From Octopus bimaculoides (taxonomy: Eukaryota), in assembly GCF_001194135.2 (NCBI RefSeq), contig NC_068982.1, positions 104,526,361 to 104,568,706 on the forward strand: a stretch of 42,346 nucleotides of DNA. Direction: 5' to 3'. Positions 1 through 10,598 of this stretch are shown one piece after another (positions within the stretch are counted from its first letter, which is position 1; each line of letters begins with the position of its first letter). The notes under the pieces were generated by a model. It worked only from the letters and a program-made list of their open reading frames with translations. It was not told where the DNA came from and did not search any database. Position numbers and translations under genes: made by a program.

Positions 1-146
1 CGAGCAAATCGACCCCAGGACTTATTCTTTGGAAGCCTAGTACTTATTCTAGCGGTCTCTTTTTGCCGAACCGCTAAGTTACGGGGACGTAAACACACCA
101 GCATCGGTTGTCAAGCGATGATGGGGGGACAAACACAGACACACAA

Positions 147-189
<43 letters not shown>

Positions 190-283
190 TACGACAGGCT
201 TCTTTCAGTTTCCGTCTACCAAATCCACTTACAAGGCTTTGGTCAGCCCGAGGCTATAGTAGAAGACACTTGCCCAAGGTGCC
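1..283 (-). mobile_element. tRNA-derived cephalopod-type SINE, cut by the window start and lacking its tRNA head
   Basis: Near-identical to the copy at 16984-17354 (caagcaaatcgaccccaggacttattctttggaagcctag...gacaggcttctttcagtttcc...gaagacacttgcccaaggtg), with an internal (CA)/(TA) microsatellite. Confidence 0.85.
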
Positions 284-454
284 TCTAAAAAATTTTTAAA
301 TATTAATGTTATGAATTAGAATATCAAGAATTAAAATATCAATTAAGCTAGAAACACTTTGTGTGGCTAAAGTGATGAGTTATTGACTTTGGGGGACAAG
401 TTTTAATCCATACTATTTCAGATATTATGTTAAGTCTCTTACCTTGACTTCCAG

Positions 455-490
455 GCTGACATTCCTAATTTTATTGAAAAAACGTTGACA
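455..490 (+). CDS. Candidate exon of unknown host gene (ADIPNFIEKTLT, phase 0-0)
   Basis: Acceptor tctcttaccttgacttccag, donor ACA|gtaaga, 36 nt; only one frame is open and it joins in phase to 2138-2215. Confidence 0.5.
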
Positions 491-1435
491 GTAAGAAAGG
501 TATCCAACTGGAAATAAACATTAAAAAATGTACATTTGAATAACATTTTCATATAAAGTTTGTATTAAAAAGGAAAAGTTTAATTCATCCTGTTGAGGGC
601 AGCTTTGTTTCAACATTCTAGGATTGGTAAAATAAAGTACCAGTCAAGTACTGAGATCAATTTATATTCCTATATGACATCCTACATATGAATGGAATTG
701 TAATAAAAAATGACTTGACAAAATTGTTTCTAAACTTTTCAGTTCAGTCAAGAGCAAAATTCCACTTGCAGTGTTCATAAATATACTGTATATTTACAGA
801 GACTGTGAGGGATTGAGTTAGTTTTCATAGCTGACAGAATAGAATGACACCGAAATGCATGCATCTTGTGATCTAATGACAATGATGTCACTCACAGCCC
901 AAAACAAAATATGTATTTACACATGTTTAAGAGAATTTTTCCCCTGGACAGTTCTTACAGCAATAAGTCTTAGCACATCTGCCTACAATTGAATGTATTA
1001 AACATTTGTTTACACATGTACAAAATATTTCTATTGTTACAAAAGTTAATCTATAACTATAACTATTTATACTTTTCACCAATCCTAAGCATACAAGTGA
1101 AAGATTAAGACGATTGTATTTCAACTGTGTTGGTTTGAATTTGAACCTGCTGTGTAATACTTTGTAAATGTCTTATATCTTAGGCTTTAATCAATCAAAG
1201 ACTTCTGAGTAAAATTTGGTAGATTGAAACTATGTGACAGCACTCTAGGGGAAACTGTTTTGGATTGCAGATTTAATTGATTACTTGGTTTGTCCATTCT
1301 GTTACAATCCCAAATTCCAATTTTGGGATAAATTCCTCTCTCTTTCTCACCAGTCTCAGAGACCTGAAGAGAGTCAGTGGCCCTAACTATACATCTTATG
1401 TAAGCCAATGAATGTATAATAAGGTATATAATACA

Positions 1436-1585
1436 GTATTGTTAAGAAGCTTGCTTCCTAATCATATGGCCTTGGTTCAGTCTTACTACACAGTGCCTTG
1501 GGCAGGTGTCTTCCATTATAGCCCCAGGTCAACCAAAGCCTTGTGAGTGGATTTGGTAGATGGAAACTAAAAACAATGACTGTCA
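1436..1585 (+). mobile_element. SINE 5' part (degenerate tRNA head plus conserved body), same family as 1-283 and 16984-17354
   Basis: gttaagaagcttgcttcc...ggttcagtc...ccttgggcaggtgtcttccattatagcc...aaagccttgtgagtggatttggtagatggaaact is the reverse complement of 193-283. Confidence 0.8.
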
Positions 1586-1589
1586 TATA

Positions 1590-1815
1590 ATGGTTAGGGT
1601 ATTGGACTCATCATCATAAGATTGTGGTTTCAATTTCTAGACCGGATGAGACATTGTGTTCTTGAGCAAAACACGTCCTTTCACATTGCTCCAGTTTACT
1701 CAGCTGGCAAAAATGAGTAATCCTGTGATGGACCAACATCCTGTCCAGGTGTGGAATATGTACACCATGGAAACCAGCCCCATGAGTCTATATGATTCAG
1801 GAAGGAACTTTACTT
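1590..1815 (+). mobile_element. Second tRNA-derived SINE family copy
   Basis: tRNA-like head (taatggttagggtattggactc...gtttcaatt) followed by ttgagcaaaacac...cacattgctccagtttactcagctggcaaaaatgagta; related copies at 31885-32105 (+) and 30720-31042 (-). Confidence 0.7.
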
Positions 1816-2137
1816 GTTTTATTTACATTCTATTATTTATATCTTTATCTAGTTCAACAGTCAAAAATGAATTACCTTACCTTCAGAGTTTCTAAATTCT
1901 TAGGATGTAAAACAACCTACTAATCTCACTGGTAGAAAACTATAAAAAAAGGATAGAAAGAAAATGAGTGAAAGGGGTCTCCCTTTTCATTTTGGTCTTT
2001 ATTTATTTTACCAATTATTATTGTCTTTTCAGTTCTCACAAAGCAGTTCCAGTTTGTCTTTTTTTTTTTTTATTTTTGTTTTGTTTTAATCAGCACAAAT
2101 TTACATATACAAAATAATATGAATCTTCTTTTGTTAG

Positions 2138-2215
2138 ATAATTTGTGCTATGGGGCCGTGTTCGCAATATCTCTCAACTGATGACTCTATAGACCTTCCA
2201 GATAAACCTGATGAG
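2138..2215 (+). CDS. Candidate exon (IICAMGPCSQYLSTDDSIDLPDKPDE, phase 0-0)
   Basis: Acceptor tcttcttttgttag, donor GAG|gtaact, 78 nt, GC-richer than flanks; the other two frames contain stops. Confidence 0.6.
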
Positions 2216-2394
2216 GTAACTGTTCAGACAAATAAGCCTGCATAACTGCATAATTTTACATTTTGTGCATTCACTACTTACTAAATTCTAACTAATGGCT
2301 ATTCTGAACTCTGAGCATACATCAAGCTGATTTCTGAGTGTGTTTATGTTATGTATGTGTGAGTGCATGTATATATGTGTGTGTATGTGCATAT

Positions 2395-2396
<2 letters not shown>

Positions 2397-2444
<48 letters not shown>
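2397..2444. repeat. (AGAT)n microsatellite
   Basis: Perfect tetranucleotide tandem run. Confidence 0.95.
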
Positions 2445-2905
2445 GTACATATACATGTATATGTAAATATACAGACATACACACACATACGCATATATTT
2501 ACACATTCATGCTGTGTTCTGCTGTATGGAATCTCAATTTCATTTTGGCCCTCATTTTCTTAAAGATTTCTCCATATTTAAAATTTATTAGATTTCAAGT
2601 TTCTAAACAATGGAACAATAACATACATACATATATATATAAATATATATATATTGATTATTCTGTGTATGAATTCTCCATTTTCTTTGTATTGCTAAAA
2701 TGTTTCTCCTGTATCGGAAAGATGGAAACATCTATAGCAACAACTGGAATTTGAAAAGTGTAAAGTACTAATATTGAAGAAGAACCAATGATAAGCACTA
2801 GTACATATGCACATGTGGAATTTCCAGTATTGCTAATTGATATAGAGCTAAACCAGTGTATACTTGGATAAATATCTCTAGAAAAGAACAACCTCTTTCC
2901 ACAGA

Positions 2906-2954
<49 letters not shown>

Positions 2955-3099
2955 ATGATATATAGTGTGTGATGTTCACCTATTGATAGAATCAGCAAAA
3001 AAAGCACTTGATTCAGTGAGAGTGAAAGTTAATCTAAACACTACATGTTCCTAGCATGAAGCTTGAAGTAGCTCATGTATTGCTCCTGTGTTCATTAAA

Positions 3100-3138
<39 letters not shown>

Positions 3139-3140
<2 letters not shown>

Positions 3141-3172
3141 TGTCCGATGAACGGGAAACTCCGAGTAACAGT
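3139..3172 (+). ncRNA. Candidate minimal type-I hammerhead ribozyme motif (one core substitution)
   Basis: ACTGT-CCGATGA-ACGG-GAA-ACTC-C-GAGT-A-ACAGT: 5-bp helix I, core CYGAUGA and GAAA, palindromic helix III, NUH site GUA. U4 is C and helix II is not paired. Confidence 0.45.
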
Positions 3173-4122
3173 CTTTTGTTATATTTCTGCTGCTTTTAAA
3201 TAAAGTATATATATATATATATATATATATAGTATTTATATAATATATGCCATATATATGTATAATATATATACTGGATTTTCCTATCAAGAATGATATG
3301 TGAGAGTGCTTAGTGCCAAAATATGTAGCATTGTTAATGAACAACCTTTACAAAGTGTTTGTTTGTTTCAAATGCAATAAGTTTGCAAGGACTCTTCCCC
3401 ACTCTCTAGTCCTAATTCTGTAACCTGAACATGTGCACATGTCAGACAAAAGTATGCATGCTACATAAGGTAATATAGCCCAAATAGATTGATGCTGAAT
3501 TCCCCTATCATTAAGGACAGCAAATCATATGTGAAGTTCCTTTGCCAGAGTTTGTGTAGCAATACCAAACATACATCTATGCATGTCACAGGCGGAAACT
3601 GGAATACACCAAATAATATATGGGACTGCTATTTGGTGCATCAAACCATCTGCTGCCAGCTTTGAGATTTTTGAACAGGTTTATTCCTGTTTTCTTAGTC
3701 CCTAATGCTTGACAGTTATTAACCCTGTGTTGGATAGCCTGGTGGAAGTGCCAATTTATTCACAACTCAATAAAGTAACAGGTTTTACTGGTTTACATGA
3801 TATCAGTAGCATCCAATACAACCTGCCATATATATACACACACACATTCACACACACACACACACACACACAGAGTATCCTCATCATCATCATCACCATC
3901 ATTAACATTATCATCTCCATATTTTCATGCTTTATGGGTTGGACAAGTCTCAAAGTATCTTGCCTCCTTTCACAGTACTTTGTTATCTGGTAAAGATAGC
4001 TAAAGAAGAAATGGCCATGTGTTATTTATTCATTTGTTTTTATCTTATTTCTATTTTTTTTTTTCTTTGTTTGGCATGGCTTTTATGGCTGAATGCACTT
4101 TTTGTCACCAGCCACTTTGTAG

Positions 4123-4171
4123 TATAAACTGGGAGCATTTTACCATACAACTGGAAGAAGAGACTTTCTTT
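4123..4171 (+). CDS. Candidate exon (YKLGAFYHTTGRRDFL, phase 0-1)
   Basis: Acceptor cactttgtag, donor CTTT|gtatgt; phase fits 2215 and 6939. An acceptor 11 nt upstream would give PLCSINWEHFTIQLEEETFF, so the frame is uncertain. Confidence 0.45.
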
Positions 4172-4341
4172 GTATGTGCTCTGCTCTGTATGAGATTTTA
4201 TTTAGAGTTAGTACTCTTCTAGATGGGTTGCTTGAGTGTGGCTTGTGGACTCCACATGTCTTTCATTCATTTCATCCTTTTTAGCATGGTTTTTGCTGCT
4301 AGTTGTCCTTCCTATCACCAGTTCCCTCTCCTTCTTATTCT

Positions 4342-4381
<40 letters not shown>

Positions 4382-5237
4382 ATGCTTACACACACAGTCC
4401 GATGATGGCTTAGCTGGTCAATGAACATAAAAACAAACATTAATATATATGTGTACATATATATAATCATCTATTATCCATCTTCCATGGTCACATTAAA
4501 AGATGTTAAAGATGATATACACGTGTGTATATAGCTTATACATACATACACACACATACATTTATATTATATGTAGATATATGATGTGTATTATATGTGA
4601 GTGTGCATGTGTGTGTATATACATATATATATATATGAATACAAATAAGAATGTGTATGTGTATACATATATATATATATGAATATATATGAATGTATAT
4701 ATTTATGCATAAATATGAATTTTTATGTATATATAGAAATATATATATATAACATGTACATATTTTATTGTCATATAATTTTTTTTGTTGTGCATATATA
4801 TGCATCACACACTATATCATCTTCTTTACTATTTCACATCAATGGTAATGATGTATGTATGTATGTATGTATGTATGTATGTATAATTAAAATTTAGTAA
4901 TACAAATGATTTCACATAGGTGTTTCACAGATGGTTGATAGACTTACACTCAACAAATGTGCACATTTAGGATCTATGAAGAAACATAGCAATGACAGGT
5001 GTGAAGGAAGTGAGTTCTGCATGCAAAGCCTTTCAATGAAGTGAATAAAAAAAAATTGACATTTTATAGGGGAGAATACTGATATCAATTACATGTTAAT
5101 AATGCAGAGGATGTAACTCATGGACAAAAGAATTGTGTCTTCAGCAAGAGAAGAAGCAAGGGCAGAAGTCAACATAAAAAGGCAGAAAGGAAGGGAGAGA
5201 TGTGAAGCAGCTCCTGAATGATATGTGATTCAGGAGC

Positions 5238-5390
5238 TATGAGAAGCAGAACATCACTACACTGGCCAAGAACATATGGGTTCTGAAGGAGATCGCCAAC
5301 TATAATACATTATCTAATGGTGGTTATTAGAGAAATACAAGCCTTATTCCAATGGTAGAAGATGTGAACTGATCTTAGAAAAGAAGTAAT
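5238..5390 (+). mobile_element. Penelope-like element relic (GIY-YIG endonuclease C-terminal region)
   Basis: Frameshifted translations YEKQNITTLAKNIWVLKE and KYKPYSNGRRCELILEKK resemble the Penelope consensus STxLSKYIWxLK...KPYxxGxxxCxLCLxEK. Confidence 0.65.
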
Positions 5391-5724
5391 GAATAGTTAA
5401 ATTCTCCTGCACAACCAGTGTAAACTTAAATGCCAAGTCGAGACAGTTATACCTGGTTTATATGAACAGAAGTACATTCTCAAGTACTAGTCTAAGCTGC
5501 CATTGGCAAATCAACACCAGTGTTTCTGCATTCCCTGTGACTTCTCTTGGTCAGCTCCCCATGCACTTCATTCTTTCATGCCATTGTAAAAGGTTGATAG
5601 TTGCAATAGAGACATTAGTCTCTCTCTATCATCTTTCAACAAAATTATATATGAAGAAACAGTAGAACAATTAACAACATAATGAAAATAAGTTTTATTT
5701 TTTATGATGCTTGGTTTTACAAAT

Positions 5725-5970
5725 CCCGTGTCATTCAGCTTAGCAGCCGCTGATTAACTTGTAATTGGTATTGGAAGGTTAAGAGCTTCCTTGATGAATG
5801 CCAGAGGAACAAGTAACTATTACATCGATGGCATCGTGGTGAAGAGTGCTTCGTTGAGGAGCAAGGTGTTGTCACATCGAAGGTATCTCGCTCAAGAGGC
5901 TTAGAAAGTGAAAGAAACTCTTTAGTTTTACTATGCATGCGCAGATTGTACTTCCTCAATGGCGGCTATA
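5725..5970. promoter_or_regulatory. CpG-enriched patch with NRF1-like and YY1-like motifs (possible promoter, or TE relic)
   Basis: About nine CpGs in 250 bp in a CpG-poor background; GCATGCGCA near 5935-5943 and ATGGCGGC near 5959-5966. Confidence 0.25.
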
Positions 5971-6369
5971 ATTTTGCACCACTACACCATCATCACATCA
6001 TCTCTTTGAACTTTCATTCCTCTCTCCCTCCTTTTTTATTTCTCCTCTTTCTTCATTCTCTCTCTCTATCTCTCTCTTTTTCTCTCTCTCAACAGGAATA
6101 TAACTCTTCAAGTACCAACTAAGTTACACTGTTAGCGCATAATAATAAAAATACTTTTTCCTCAAAAAAAAATGTTAATTTTCCTATTCCCTTTCCTCAA
6201 AGACATTACGTGCAGAACTCACTTCATCCAAAGCTATTTTAGGTGTAGTCATCCACAGATCTTAAATATGCACATCTTATGTGAACTATGATGGGAAATC
6301 ATTTGTTTGTACGATTGTTATCAAATAATACATCAATACTATTTCATATAGCTGCATGTTCATCATTTA

Positions 6370-6410
<41 letters not shown>

Positions 6411-6938
6411 TTGGCTATGAGCCACACCTACTCACATAAACACATATATCTCTACATGAGAGGGAGAGGGGTGAGAGAGAAATACTCAATGAAACAATGA
6501 GAGGGGAGCAGCTACAAACGGATAACTATTTGATTGAAACAAAAGCCACTAACTCTTTCTGCCTCCTCTAACTTTATTTTCACACTTGTACTTCATAGTG
6601 CAAGTATTTGTGTGTGGTGTGTGTGTGTGCAATTTTGCTACCTTTTTTTATTAATTTTTTCCACTTTTCTTTGCATATTTTTTTTGTCTTTTGATTTTTT
6701 TTTTTCTGAATGCTAAGGTAGAAAGCAAATTTAAATATTCTTGTGTGTGCATCTGAGTATGTACTGTAATAGAATTGCTTGAGACAAGGAGAGGGAACTC
6801 TATACACAGAAGAATGGTGTATGTGACTTACATACAGTAATATATTTACTCAAGACTGGTAATGTTTCATTTGGTTATATAATATCCCTGAGAGAGCTAT
6901 TCTTGAAAAACCAGCATACATTCATATCATCTTTTTAG

Positions 6939-6992
6939 TGGCTGTAATGGAAGTATTTGCTTCTTGTTATATGCAACCTCATCTACGAACAG
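6939..6992 (+). CDS. Candidate exon (xAVMEVFASCYMQPHLRT, phase 1-1)
   Basis: Acceptor catatcatctttttag, donor CAG|gtaatt, 54 nt. A second frame (xGCNGSICFLLYATSSTN) is also open. Confidence 0.55.
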
Positions 6993-7235
6993 GTAATTTA
7001 CTTTTAAGCTAACAAGTTGCTCCCCTTAGATTCAGTAGATGACAAATTATTTGAAAATAATTTAATATCAATAAAACTTAGAAGCAAAAAATAGGATTAT
7101 TATTTCAAGGAAAATGGGTGTTTAACACCTAGTTTCTGAGAAAGGAGTATGAATGACTCGGAAGGGTGGGATCACCCTCTCTTAACCATCTATATTTCGG
7201 ATATCATAGGGGATTCTGTATGAGCTTGTGTTTTG

Positions 7236-8135
7236 TTAAGAGCTGGTAAATATTACCTTAGCTTCCCTTCTGGCAGTCTGATACAATTCCCTGCTACCTC
7301 CGTTCTTCCAGTCCTTCCAAGCCTGTTTCTTTTGTCTAATAGCCCTGTCAACCACATTGTTCCACCACCACGTTACTTTGGGTCGAGAGGGGACTTTGCA
7401 CCATTCACAGATCTGGTTAGTGGCTCTCAGCAGGTTGTCCCATAGAAACCTCCAATTGTCTTCCACATTATGTGATGCTATATCCCCTTCTATTTCATCA
7501 AAGGCTTCGAGTAACACATCTCTAAATCTCTATCCATTTGCAGGATCTTTTAACTTCCAGACCTTTCTCCTCCAAGCTGGTCTACTTCTGGGCATCCATT
7601 TAGCCTTGATCCCGAAGTCGCTAACTACTTATCTTTGTTGAGGGGTACATTCTTCGCCTGGGAAGGTTTTGGCATTTATAAGCAGTCCTCTTTCCCTTTT
7701 TCTGGTGAGGATGTAATCAATTTGGCTAGTGTGTCTGCTGGAACTTTTGGTGACTAGGTGACAGGCAGGTTTTCTGAAGTTGGTATTGCAAACCATAAGA
7801 TCATTTGCATCACAGAACTCCAGCAGTCTGGTTCCCTCCTCATTGCGGGAAGCAAAGCCATAGCCTCCATGTACGCCATGGAAGCCCCCTGCATGTTGTC
7901 CAACATGTCCATTGAAATCATCAGCCACAAAGAGAAGGTCTCTGTCATTTGTCAATGAGGTAGTCTACAAAAGGGTGTAATAAAATTGGTCTTTCTGCCC
8001 ATCCAGTAGCTCCAGTTGAGCGGCATAGGCCAAGATGACGGAAGCTAACCTATGGTGAAGCACTAATCTAATCTTAAGTACTCTGCCACATACTCTGACT
8101 ACCTCAATTACCTTATCAACCCATATTTCACATAT
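7236..8135 (-). mobile_element. RTE-clade LINE fragment (APE endonuclease and linker), decayed
   Basis: Translation ...WVDKVIEVVRV...VILAYAAQ...LFVADDFNGHVG...HGGYGFASRNEEGTRLLEFCDANDLMVCNTNFRK...SQIDYIL...TWWWNNVVDRAIRQKKQAWK; in-frame stops present. Confidence 0.9.
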
Positions 8136-8164
8136 GGGTCCCTATGGGTCACATATCCTGGTCA

Positions 8165-10574
8165 CTATGTATGGCACTTAACTAAGTACACCTTACACGT
8201 CACAAATTTGTGATCCGTGTAAGAGACGCAATAGAAATGTGGACAACTAACATTATCTTTATCTCTATTTCTAATGAATATTCTATTGGGATAAGACCTG
8301 TGTGAACCATCGTTATTAGACCATGTCCACTGTGGAGCGAGTGGTTCATTCAGCCTATAACGGTCTACTAAGTCATAGCTTGTTAGTAGCCTTTTAAGAC
8401 CAGGATTTCCCCTTCTATTTTCCGAGCTAACACTATCCACCCATGCATCGAGTATAGTGTTAAAGTCTCCTGTTAAAACTAGAGTCTTAGACATTACTAA
8501 GAAATTTTCCGAGTCATGAAAAAACCAGCTTGCCAACACTCTTTCAGAGCATAGACAGCTACCAACCTGAAAGACTTCTTACTTACATGTGTCACAGCTA
8601 GCACAACCAGCCTACCTTCTGGGTCCAGAAAGACTGTACTTACCTGTACATCCAAGCTTTTTTCTGAACAAAACCACCACGCCTGCACCTCCCTGGGGAC
8701 TAGGAGAAATGAATTTCTTATAGCTACTTAGAAGAGGTGAGAACGTATGTGGCTCATTCAACTTGGACTCAGTTACCACACATATATCCAAATCTAGTGA
8801 CCTGAGGTCATTCAGGAGACAAATTTGTTTCCCTCTCGACCCCAAGCCATGTGCATTTATACACTCTACTTTAATCTCCATGGAAGAATTTAGAACAGCA
8901 AAATAAACTTACGTTTTTACGTTTTGGGGAGGGGCTGCACTAATTTTGGCAGTCTCTCCCTCTTTTTCTCTCTGGGGTGCAACTTCTAGTATTTTCTGGA
9001 CTACTTCTTTAGTCACATCTAGCAAATCATTGGGATATCTTTTTTTACATGATTCATACAGTTCATCGTCGATAACTTTTGCCAACCTAATATGGGCTGG
9101 CATGTCTTGTAGCCGCTTATATATGAACATCTGCGGGTATCCTCCAAAAACCTTAGCTATTACTCGGTTTTTTTTTCATTGTACTTTATGTATCTCTCTT
9201 TTGATTGGGTGGGTTTGGTCTGGGGTTTCGATTTGGGAGTGGACTGGAGATTTTTTTCTTGTGTGCCTATGTGTGTGATTGTTGTTTTCTTTGTTATGGG
9301 AGGGGAGTCAGGGGCTGGGGCTTTTTTCTTTCATGTGTCACAACTGTGTAATCCATCTCTCCCATTTTATCTTGTTGACTTCCTTTATTGCCATCTTTTG
9401 TTTTCTGTGATTTATTCTCCTCTTCTTTGTTTGTCTCTTTCTCCGGTTTTCCCGTTTTTTTCTCCTCCTTGTTGGTTTCTATACCTTTTTCTTTTAGGGG
9501 AGAGACATCTACCTTTTTTGTCTTTTTTACCTTTTCGCAGTCTTACCTTACGTATCCCTTCTTGCCACACTTAAAACATCTCAGTCTTTGACCTTCCACC
9601 AAAACACGAGCACTTAGTCGCTCCCCTATAAAGATTCGATCTGGCCTTGATTCCAGAACCTCATTTGGGGCCTGTACAACAATTTCCAAGGTTTCACATT
9701 TCCAATTAATGGCCTCCCTCCTTCTCATTTGTAGTATAGTTATTTCCTCTTTGGCTTCATAGATAACCGCAGCAGCCAACCATGACACCTCGTATCCGGT
9801 TGGTATCTCCTCTATCGTAATTTTTGCTGTTCTCCTTCCTAAATATGTCGGAAGGAGGATTATTTCCTTGTTCCTTAATGTTTGAGTTGATATCTGCTTT
9901 GCCATTTCGGCATCTTTAAAATGCGCCTCCACTATAGCGCTTCTCACTCCTTTTCCTATGTACACAATTTTGTCCCATATGGGCGCCAGACACTTTTCCA
10001 CTGTTTCATTTTTTGTAGGCATTATTTTCTTTTCCTTTTTGCTGTAAATTTTATAGACCACCATTTTAGATGCCAGGCCTTGTATGGTCTCTTGTGGTGG
10101 CAAGAGTCTAGTGTCACTTCTTGTCTTCTTTATTAGATTTCTGAACTTAAACAGTTGTTCCTTTGATACATTCATTTCTATAAAGTTGCCTCCAATGGCC
10201 GCTGAAAAACTCAGTTTTTCACTTTCATTTGCTTCAACACTTCCCTACATTGAGGGGAAATCCTTATTTGATTTCAAATCAAATTTCATTTTTTTTAAAC
10301 AAAATATCGTCTTTACAGATAGCAACGTAAAAAAACACACACCTTCTGTCGCAAATGACCAAAGTAGAAAAAAATATTTCACCCTGTACTAGGCAAAGCT
10401 CACAATAATTAATTAACAATTAACGTCGTAATGACACCGAACGTTCGATTCACACAGGAATCCACAAAACAGTATAACAATTAACAAAAATCAACAACAG
10501 AAAAATAAGACTCAAACCAGCAAAGATTCCAGCAGCAAATAATGTAGTGAAGAGGGCAACTCTGAATGAACTGA
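8165..10574 (-). mobile_element. L1/Tx1-clade LINE with 5'UTR, ORF1 and the ORF2 endonuclease, 3'-truncated
   Basis: ORF1 from ATG at 10175 with a zinc-knuckle-like CFKCGKKGYVR*DC. ORF2 from 8881 gives INAHGL...DICVVTE...GVVVLF...EGRLVVL...LVAVYA...LVLTGDFN...DLVDRYR...WTW...YTDHK across frameshifts. No RT domain follows. Confidence 0.85.
9543..10175 (-). pseudogene. ORF1 (gag-like nucleic-acid-binding protein) of the L1/Tx1 element, interrupted by a premature stop
   Basis: 210-aa ORF ending inside a CX2CX4(H>Y)X4C knuckle; K/E-rich continuation and a further ORF1 piece at 8909-9130. Confidence 0.75.
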
Positions 10575-10598
10575 ATAAAGCTTATAGCTTTATATATA
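10569..10598 (-). promoter_or_regulatory. TATA-box plus Inr-like motif pair at the apparent 5' end of the L1/Tx1 element
   Basis: Minus strand reads TATATATAAA-gctataagctttat-TCAGTT, about 24-26 nt from TATA to the Inr A; CpG-containing sequence extends to about 10700. Confidence 0.3.

Noticed and set aside
3709-3775. VINPVLDSLVEVPIYSQLNK as an exon with an SVLDSL-like motif
   Set aside because: The acceptor lacks a pyrimidine tract, the phase does not fit neighbouring exons and the motif match is only five residues.
4398-4430. Another CCGATGA (agtccgatgatggcttagctgg) as a hammerhead core
   Set aside because: No GAAA or helix III follows. The CTGATGA matches at 2178, 2208, 13041, 18074 and near 20972 likewise lack the rest of the fold.
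5735-5959. 74-aa minus-strand ORF in the CpG patch
   Set aside because: No recognisable domain or splice context; only the nucleotide composition was kept as a finding.
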